Below, one piece after another: positions 57,748 through 64,000 of a DNA stretch of 64,000 nucleotides. The position numbers and the translations under genes are program-made. Origin of the DNA: a virus; IMG/VR virus record IMGVR_UViG_3300022921_001386; one strand, written 5' to 3'. Each line of letters opens with the position of its first letter. The first letter of the stretch is position 1. The notes under the pieces are model-generated. The model searched no databases and was not told the origin of the DNA. It worked only from the letters and a program-made list of their open reading frames with translations.

Positions 57748-57928
57748 AGCGGCGCGGATGCATGCCGAAGGAGAACTCGAAAGAGCAAAAACAAACATCT
57801 TGGTATACATGAATCACAGTGTAGGTATTGGTGAACACAGTGATATTGTAGAAGCTATTCAAGAAGAACTTGATAAAATGGCAGCAGCAACTGATCGTAT
57901 TGAAATGTTAAACGTACATTTTAGTTGA
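57728..57928 (+). CDS. hypothetical protein
   Basis: AAGGAG RBS; VGIGEHSDI motif. Confidence 0.65.
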   Translation: MQEQLVKAARMHAEGELERAKTNILVYMNHSVGIGEHSDIVEAIQEELDKMAAATDRIEMLNVHFS

Positions 57929-57953
57929 CAAAAGATCTAAATAATGTTACTAT
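57925..57953 (+). promoter_or_regulatory. sigma70-like promoter
   Basis: TTGACA-N17-TACTAT upstream of folE-queE. Confidence 0.7.
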
Positions 57954-57994
57954 AAACCTATATAGACATCCACGTCTATAACTCGGAGAAATAA

Positions 57995-58726
57995 ATGATA
58001 AAAAATAATACTGGACTTGATACTGATACTGTAGATACAGTTAAAATAAGTGAAGTCGTTCGCGAGCGTTTGCGTAAAAACGGCGTTCGCTTTTTTGCTA
58101 ATGACAACATTAGCGAACATATTAGTGAATTTGAGTTACAAGAGATTCAAAATGAACTAGCCTACAAGTTTCAAGATGTACTTGAAACATTGATTATCGA
58201 TACTGATAACGATCCTAATAGCGAAGGCACTGCAAAGCGACTTGCTAAAATGTATATTAATGAACTTATGCAAGGACGTTATTTTAAAGCACCTAATGCA
58301 ACTTCGTTTCCAAATGAAACAGACGACCCATATGACGGTATGTTAGTTGTACGCAGTGAACTAAAAAGTGTTTGTTCACATCACCACCAGCCTGTAACAG
58401 GTGTTGCGTATATTGGTATTCTTGCAGCTGATAAACTTATTGGTCTTAGCAAATATACACGTATTGCACAATGGTGTGCTAGACGTGGAACATTGCAAGA
58501 AGAACTGTGTATGGACATTACTAAAGAAATTATGAAAGTAACAGGTGCTAAAGACTGTGGCGTTTATATCCAAGCTATACACGGTTGCTGTGAGAATCGT
58601 GGCATTATGGCACATAGTAGTCTTACACAAACAAGTGTGCTTAAAGGTGCATTTAAAACCGATCCAGGTACAAAGAAAGAGTTCTTTGACAACATTAAAC
58701 TACAGCAGGAGTTTGCACCGAGATGA
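57995..58726 (+). CDS. folE: GTP cyclohydrolase I
   Basis: T..RLAKMY, SVCSHHH, GLSK..R, LQEE, HGC...RG. Confidence 0.93.
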   Translation: MIKNNTGLDTDTVDTVKISEVVRERLRKNGVRFFANDNISEHISEFELQEIQNELAYKFQDVLETLIIDTDNDPNSEGTAKRLAKMYINELMQGRYFKAPNATSFPNETDDPYDGMLVVRSELKSVCSHHHQPVTGVAYIGILAADKLIGLSKYTRIAQWCARRGTLQEELCMDITKEIMKVTGAKDCGVYIQAIHGCCENRGIMAHSSLTQTSVLKGAFKTDPGTKKEFFDNIKLQQEFAPR

Positions 58727-59619
58727 AACTAAGATATTCAGAAGCATTTTACAGTGTGCAAGGTGAAGGTAAGTTCGTAGGAGTACCTAGTGTATTCCTA
58801 CGCACATTCGGTTGTAACTTCCGTTGTATGAACTTTGGTGTTGACAAAAGTGTCGGCGATCGTTGGGAACAACACGCACGAGGCGAACGTTATAATGCAG
58901 AAGTAAAAGCATTGCTCGATGCAGGTGTACACGAAACAACTGAAAAGTTTGAGGACTTGCCTATCATTCACACAGGTTGTGATACATACGCAAGTATCTA
59001 TCCTGAGTTTAAAGACTTTAACAAGTTGGCAACTATTGACGAAGTAGTCGAACACTTGCTTAGTTTGTTGCCAGAAGGCAAATGGACTATGGATAATGGT
59101 CAAGACGTGCATTTGATCTTGACAGGCGGCGAACCACTGCTTGCTTGGCAACGACTGTATGTCGAGTTATTTGAACACCCAGGTATGAAGGATCTAAAAA
59201 ATGTCACAATCGAAACCAACACTACACAGCATCTACATGATGACTTCTACAATTACCTCAACAATCACGAAACAATTAAACTCACTTTTAGCTGCTCACC
59301 AAAGCTATCCGTTTCGGGCGAGTCTTGGGATGATGCTATTAAGCCTGATGTTGCTCGTGAGTATTCCCTTGTGGATGGCAGCGATATGTATTTTAAGTTT
59401 GTTGTTGCTGATCAAGAAGATGTTGATGAAGTTACTCGGGCTGTTCAGCAATACAGGGATTCCGGGTTGGAATGTCCAGTATATCTTATGCCAATGGGTG
59501 GACGCAGTGAAGAATATTCCCTCAACGTTAAAGAAGTGGCGGAACTCTGTATGGAAAGAGGATGGCGATTCACTCCCCGGCTCCACATTAGCTTATTCGG
59601 AAATGCCTGGGGGACTTAA
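58723..59619 (+). CDS. queE: 7-carboxy-7-deazaguanine synthase (radical SAM)
   Basis: EAFYSVQGEG, FLRTFGCNFRC...CDT, TGGEP, ETN, SPK, RLH. Confidence 0.88.
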   Translation: MKLRYSEAFYSVQGEGKFVGVPSVFLRTFGCNFRCMNFGVDKSVGDRWEQHARGERYNAEVKALLDAGVHETTEKFEDLPIIHTGCDTYASIYPEFKDFNKLATIDEVVEHLLSLLPEGKWTMDNGQDVHLILTGGEPLLAWQRLYVELFEHPGMKDLKNVTIETNTTQHLHDDFYNYLNNHETIKLTFSCSPKLSVSGESWDDAIKPDVAREYSLVDGSDMYFKFVVADQEDVDEVTRAVQQYRDSGLECPVYLMPMGGRSEEYSLNVKEVAELCMERGWRFTPRLHISLFGNAWGT

Positions 59620-59691
59620 TAAGGAAGATTTAGAAATCCTCCAAGGCAAGAAGATTACACAAGAACAGTACGAAGCTATAAGGAAACAAAT

Positions 59692-60096
59692 ATGAAAAAT
59701 TTTATTAAAAAAATAACAGGTATTACTGCTCGAGAAGAAGCACTTGAAGCAGCAGAAATACGCATCGTAGAAGAAGAAATGCAACTTCTCAAAAAGAAAG
59801 ATCCAAAAGAATATGCTACACGCCGCAAAGAGCCTTGGGTAAATGTTCTTGATATGCAAGTAAACGAAGAGAACATCCGAAATGGGTTTTTCGAACTTGA
59901 TTGGAATGACTTGTTTATTAAAGAACTCATTACTAATGGGTACGGCACTAATGATGATCCACAAGAAGAAATTGTAGATCGTTGGTTCCGTGATATTGTG
60001 TATAACATGTTAGCAGAAGAAGGCATGGACACAGATCGAGGTGCTGGTTACATTAATGTTGTACCTATTGACAAAGGACGCAGTGAAGTATCATGA
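59692..60096 (+). CDS. hypothetical protein
   Basis: AAGGA RBS; GFFELDWN..FI motif. Confidence 0.7.
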   Translation: MKNFIKKITGITAREEALEAAEIRIVEEEMQLLKKKDPKEYATRRKEPWVNVLDMQVNEENIRNGFFELDWNDLFIKELITNGYGTNDDPQEEIVDRWFRDIVYNMLAEEGMDTDRGAGYINVVPIDKGRSEVS

Positions 60097-60109
60097 AATA
60101 CATTATAAC

Positions 60110-60138
60110 TTGACAAACGATGATTTTAATGCTACAAT
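60110..60138 (+). promoter_or_regulatory. sigma70-like promoter
   Basis: TTGACA-N17-TACAAT. Confidence 0.7.
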
Positions 60139-60174
60139 CAGTAATAACATTAAACAAATAACAGAGGCATCTAA

Positions 60175-61158
60175 ATGAGCACTTATATCTTAGTAGATAC
60201 AGCAAACACATTCTTTCGTGCAAGACATGTAGTACGTGGTGATCTTGATACTAAACTCGGCATGGCACTACATATTACACTTAATAGTGTAAAGAAAGCA
60301 TGGTTGGACTTTAATGCAGATCATGTTGTGTTCTGCTTAGAAGGCCGTAGTTGGCGCAAGGATTACTACGAGCCTTACAAGCGTAATCGTAAAGAACATC
60401 GCGATGCAATGACTGTACAACAGCAAGAAGAAGATACATTGTTTTGGGAGATCTTTGATGAGTTTAAAGACTTTATTGGCAATAAAACTAACTGTACTGT
60501 AATGCAAAATCCTGTACTAGAAGCAGATGACTTGATTGCAGGCTGGGTGCAGGCACATCCTAATGACAATCATGTTATTATCAGCACAGACGGTGACTTT
60601 GCACAACTTATTGCTCCTAATGTTAGACAGTACAATGGGGTAAGTAATACTACTATTACAGTTGAAGGATACTTTGATGACAAAGGCAAGCCCGTCTTGG
60701 ATAAGAAGACAAAGGAGCCAAAGCCTGCTCCAGAACCTGAATTCATGTTGTTTGAAAAATGTATGCGTGGCGACACTAGTGACAATGTGTTTAGCGCCTA
60801 TCCAGGTGTTAGAAAAAAAGGCACAAAAAACAAAGTTGGACTCCTAGAAGCATTTGCTGACAAAACTACAAAAGGCTTTAGTTGGAATAATATGATGTTG
60901 CAACGCTGGACTGATCATGAAGGCGTAGAACATCGTGTACTAGATGATTATACACGCAATGTTACATTGTGTGATTTAACTGCGCAGCCCGAACATATCA
61001 GACAAGAAATAGATAACACTGTTGCAGAAGTTAAACCTAAAGACATTACACAAGTTGGCATGCGTCTTATGAAGTTTTGTGCTAAATGGGATATGCAACG
61101 TATTGCAGACCAAGCAGCGAGTTATGCAGATCCATTACAAGCGAGATATCCACAATGA
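60175..61158 (+). CDS. 5'-3' exonuclease/RNase H (T4 Rnh/FEN family)
   Basis: LVD..N.FFR, SWRK..Y..YK.NR, EADD, STDGDF.QL, GD.SDNV. Confidence 0.9.
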   Translation: MSTYILVDTANTFFRARHVVRGDLDTKLGMALHITLNSVKKAWLDFNADHVVFCLEGRSWRKDYYEPYKRNRKEHRDAMTVQQQEEDTLFWEIFDEFKDFIGNKTNCTVMQNPVLEADDLIAGWVQAHPNDNHVIISTDGDFAQLIAPNVRQYNGVSNTTITVEGYFDDKGKPVLDKKTKEPKPAPEPEFMLFEKCMRGDTSDNVFSAYPGVRKKGTKNKVGLLEAFADKTTKGFSWNNMMLQRWTDHEGVEHRVLDDYTRNVTLCDLTAQPEHIRQEIDNTVAEVKPKDITQVGMRLMKFCAKWDMQRIADQAASYADPLQARYPQ

Positions 61159-61628
61159 CTATGAAAGCTAAACCAGTACTAGAAAATAAATTCTGGATCG
61201 TTGAAGAAGAAGGATTACGAGTCGGTACTCTTTCAAAAAACGATGAAGGATTTGTTGTTAGTCAAAAAGGTTCTGTTAAGTTTTATCGAAGTGAAAATCA
61301 GTTAAAAAAGACATTTGGAAAAAACTTTTTAGTTGCAAATATTAAAAATGAAACTAAACATTCAAACAGAGAAGTACACGGATATCCAACCCGTACAACT
61401 CCTTACAACAGCATGTACGATATTAAACATAAACTGCCATTGTTTACTAAAAGTAAAAAGTCTAAAAGTGTATATTGTGCTGGATATTATCTTGTTAAGT
61501 TTAATGTTAACTGGCTTAAAAGTTACTGTCCAAAGCTAATTACTATTGAACGTAATGAATATTTAGGTCCATACAAGACTGAGTTAGAAATGAAAGCAGC
61601 ACTAAGCAATGTCAACAGATCCTATTAA
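61155..61628 (+). CDS. hypothetical protein
   Basis: ATGA-coupled ORF. Confidence 0.65.
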   Translation: MTMKAKPVLENKFWIVEEEGLRVGTLSKNDEGFVVSQKGSVKFYRSENQLKKTFGKNFLVANIKNETKHSNREVHGYPTRTTPYNSMYDIKHKLPLFTKSKKSKSVYCAGYYLVKFNVNWLKSYCPKLITIERNEYLGPYKTELEMKAALSNVNRSY

Positions 61629-61851
61629 TACAATGCCAATACAGCAGCTGATCCAAATGGTGAAAGCTGCTGAACAAAGTAAAGCAAGAGAAATAAGACT
61701 TGATATAAATCAAGCAAAAATATTAGCACTTACATTAGGCGAAGTTATGGCAAGGTTACATGGAGATTTAGAAAAAATCATTGATAGTAAACTTGAAAAG
61801 CTCAATGAAGATCAAATCATTGAAGTAAATATGGACTCTGGGGCTTGGTAA
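61609..61851 (+). CDS. hypothetical protein
   Basis: Coupled ORF. Confidence 0.6.
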   Translation: MSTDPINTMPIQQLIQMVKAAEQSKAREIRLDINQAKILALTLGEVMARLHGDLEKIIDSKLEKLNEDQIIEVNMDSGAW

Positions 61852-61890
61852 AAAGATAAATATATGCGTAGTTAATAAAGGACACGCATT

Positions 61891-62178
61891 ATGAGTAGAC
61901 CAAAACCAGTTATTAGACTTGAGTATACAAATAAAGTCACCTACAAATGTGAACAAATTTTAGATGCAGAAGCTATTTGGGCAGTGTTCTATCAAGATAA
62001 ACCATTTAATTTGAAAAGTTCAAATGCATTGACCAACTATCCAGGTCCTAAATATAAGAAAACTAGTTTTTCAAATCCTGGACATGCACATAATCTAGCT
62101 AAAAAACTAAACAATATGTTTAACTGCAATGACTTTTCGGTATATATGTTATCTGAAGGTGAGAAGTTGTTTGACTGA
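61891..62178 (+). CDS. hypothetical protein
   Basis: ATAAATA and AAGGA upstream; MSRPKP, YKK.SFSNPGHA.NLA.KLN. Confidence 0.7.
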   Translation: MSRPKPVIRLEYTNKVTYKCEQILDAEAIWAVFYQDKPFNLKSSNALTNYPGPKYKKTSFSNPGHAHNLAKKLNNMFNCNDFSVYMLSEGEKLFD

Positions 62179-62581
62179 CAAAGTTACCTATACTAAACTT
62201 TTTTTAAAAGAACTTAATAAAAGTTATAATGATATTAACGTAAAAGAATACATGCCATTGTGGTGGCAGAATACACGTACCAAAGGCAATGGTGGTCTAA
62301 GACTCACAGAAGAAGGGTTTGATGTCATCAATCAAATTGGCATTACTACATATGATATACCTTATCCAAGAGACATTCCTCTAACCACACAGATTATAAT
62401 ACACCTTGATAAGTTTATAACTTGTCCATATTATCTTACAAATCGAAGTATAACGGTTACAGATGAACGTAAAGCAATCGAGCTTGGGCTGTTTAGTGGT
62501 GATTTACGCAAGTATGGATTGACTAAAGCAATGAATAGACAGAATCAAGATGAGATTTCCGCAGGCAGCAGAGCAGACTAA
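62171..62581 (+). CDS. hypothetical protein
   Basis: Probable TTG start; GLRLT.EG motif. Confidence 0.6.
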   Translation: MTDKVTYTKLFLKELNKSYNDINVKEYMPLWWQNTRTKGNGGLRLTEEGFDVINQIGITTYDIPYPRDIPLTTQIIIHLDKFITCPYYLTNRSITVTDERKAIELGLFSGDLRKYGLTKAMNRQNQDEISAGSRAD

Positions 62582-62604
62582 TCTATATTGGATCGGTCAA
62601 GGTG

Positions 62605-62639
62605 AAGGGAGTAGTTGCCGCTACTCCCTTTTTCTTTTA
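62605..62639 (+). terminator. rho-independent terminator
   Basis: AAGGGAGTAG-TTGCCG-CTACTCCCTT followed by T-rich tract. Confidence 0.85.
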
Positions 62640-62679
62640 TAATAAAATAAAAAAATATCAAAAAACTTTACTTTAAAGG

Positions 62680-62708
62680 TTGACACTAATAGCAGTTAAT
62701 GCTATTGT
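62680..62708 (+). promoter_or_regulatory. sigma70-like promoter
   Basis: TTGACA-N17-TATTGT with A-rich UP-like element. Confidence 0.65.
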
Positions 62709-62748
62709 ACTGTATAGGCACTGAACACAAATCTAAAAGGAATATAAA

Positions 62749-63834
62749 ATGTCAGACGTAATTCGCACCGTTTCTCCAAATAAAGCAAAAAACGCTCTTC
62801 GTCATGCAATGCAAAAGAAGCGTCCTGTTTTTCTTTGGGGACCTCCAGGTATTGGTAAATCCGATATTGTAGAACAGATTACTGCAAGTTTTTCTAACTC
62901 GCATCTTATTGATATTCGGTTGAGTCTTTGGGATCCAACTGACATTAAGGGTATTCCATACTTTGACAGTAATAATGTTAAAATGGCATGGGGTGCTCCA
63001 AGTGAACTGCCAGATCAAGAAATGGCAGCACAATACGACAATATTGTACTTTTCTTAGATGAAATGAACTCAGCGGCACCTGCTGTGCAAGCGGCAGCAT
63101 ACCAGCTAATCCTTAACCGTCGTGTAGGTACTTATAAACTACCTGACAATGTTATTATTGTTGCAGCCGGCAATCGCGAAAGCGATAAAGGTGTTACATA
63201 TCGTATGCCTGCGCCGTTGGCTAACCGCTTTGTACACTTGGAACTTGCTGTCAACTTCGATGACTGGTTTGAGTGGAGTGTTAACAATAATATCCACAAA
63301 GACGTTGTAGGTTACTTGACGTTTGCAAAAAAAGACTTGTATGATTTTGATCCAAAGTCAGCAAGCCGTTCGTTTGCAACGCCACGTAGTTGGTCTTTTG
63401 TTAGTGAACTAATCGCAGACGAAATTGACGATAATACAACTACTGACTTGGTTGCAGGTACAGTAGGTGAAGGTCTTGCTGTCAAGTTTATGGCACACCG
63501 TAAGGTTGCCTCAAGTATGCCAAACCCAACAGATATTCTAGCAGGTAAAGTAAAAGAGCTAAAAACTAAAGAAATCAGTGCTATGTATTCCTTAACAGTT
63601 TCACTCTGCTACGAACTGAAAGAAGCATGTGATAAAAATGACAAGAAGTTCGATGACAAAGTAAATAACTTCCTGCGCTTTGCAATGGACAATTTTGATG
63701 TTGAATTGGTTGTTATGGGTGTCAAACTTGCTATTACCCAATATGCACTTCCTATCGATCCAGACGAAGTGGAATGCTTTGATGAGTTCCACGATCGCTA
63801 TGGTAAGTATATTAAGGCAGCGCAACAGGTTTAA
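62749..63834 (+). CDS. MoxR-like AAA+ ATPase
   Basis: GPPGIGKS, FLDEMN, AAGNR, PLANRF. Confidence 0.85.
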   Translation: MSDVIRTVSPNKAKNALRHAMQKKRPVFLWGPPGIGKSDIVEQITASFSNSHLIDIRLSLWDPTDIKGIPYFDSNNVKMAWGAPSELPDQEMAAQYDNIVLFLDEMNSAAPAVQAAAYQLILNRRVGTYKLPDNVIIVAAGNRESDKGVTYRMPAPLANRFVHLELAVNFDDWFEWSVNNNIHKDVVGYLTFAKKDLYDFDPKSASRSFATPRSWSFVSELIADEIDDNTTTDLVAGTVGEGLAVKFMAHRKVASSMPNPTDILAGKVKELKTKEISAMYSLTVSLCYELKEACDKNDKKFDDKVNNFLRFAMDNFDVELVVMGVKLAITQYALPIDPDEVECFDEFHDRYGKYIKAAQQV

Positions 63835-63842
63835 GTTGGTAC

Positions 63843-63877
63843 ATAATGGGCAGTTTCGGCTGCCCATTATTCTATTT
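63843..63877 (+). terminator. rho-independent terminator
   Basis: ATAATGGGCAGT-TTCG-GCTGCCCATTAT plus T-rich tail. Confidence 0.8.
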
Positions 63878-63882
63878 AAAGG

Positions 63883-63910
63883 TTGACATTAATAGTAAAT
63901 ATGTTATATT
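63883..63910 (+). promoter_or_regulatory. sigma70-like promoter
   Basis: TTGACA-N16-TATATT with TG extension. Confidence 0.55.
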
Positions 63911-63940
63911 AAATATATAACACTTATATGAGGTGAGGAC

Positions 63941-64000
63941 ATGGCTACTAAAGATACAGCAAGTAAACTAAAAAACTGGACGCCAAATCCAGATATTACT
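63941..64000 (+). CDS. start of next gene (3'-truncated)
   Basis: GAGG RBS, ATG, open to window end. Confidence 0.55.
   Translation, partial: MATKDTASKLKNWTPNPDIT

Noticed and set aside
62560-62748. Possible tRNA or ncRNA in the largest intergenic gap
   Set aside because: No cloverleaf or T-loop; the gap is explained by a terminator, an A-tract and a promoter.
324-63867. Many minus-strand and nested ORFs in the track (e.g. 324-893, 29285-30013, 35926-36387)
   Set aside because: They are antisense or alternate-frame shadows of well-supported plus-strand genes, with no RBS or recognisable motifs. Only phoH is credible on the minus strand.
1-64000. Alternative genetic code (stop recoding)
   Set aside because: Conserved genes are full-length in the standard code, and TAA, TAG and TGA all end genes at expected positions.

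Overview
A 64 kb, AT-rich, densely coding, almost entirely plus-strand segment of a large T4-like (myovirus-type) dsDNA phage. The two-component spanin indicates a Gram-negative host, and the FdxA-type ferredoxin suggests a marine alphaproteobacterium (inference). In order, the window holds: tail/baseplate genes (1-7.4 kb); a truncated DnaE fragment with radical-SAM/nitroreductase accessory genes; nucleotide metabolism and replication genes (clamp loader, fdxA, DHFR, thyA, phoH); a lysis cassette (GH19 endolysin, spanins, candidate holins); a protein quality-control module (dnaJ, def, clpA); a cluster of about 12 putative head-packaged, protease-processed modular proteins, including peptidoglycan-binding proteins and one with annexin-like repeats (27-36 kb); an ATP-grasp-like/Ate(Bpt)-like gene pair; family B DNA polymerase and probable sliding clamp; and a roughly 19 kb modification region. 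That region combines a 7-deazaguanine pathway (TGT/DpdA-like, QueD-like, FolE, QueE; no QueC or QueF in the window) with nucleotide-sugar enzymes, a glycosyltransferase, 2OG-Fe(II) oxygenases, a radical SAM enzyme, a PLP enzyme, an amidinotransferase, MetK and a purine PRTase. The window ends with an RNase H/5'-3' exonuclease and a MoxR-like AAA ATPase. Sigma70-like early promoters and ATAAATA-type late promoters are visible. No tRNA, rRNA or CRISPR array was seen. All family calls come from motif recognition by eye, with no database searches.
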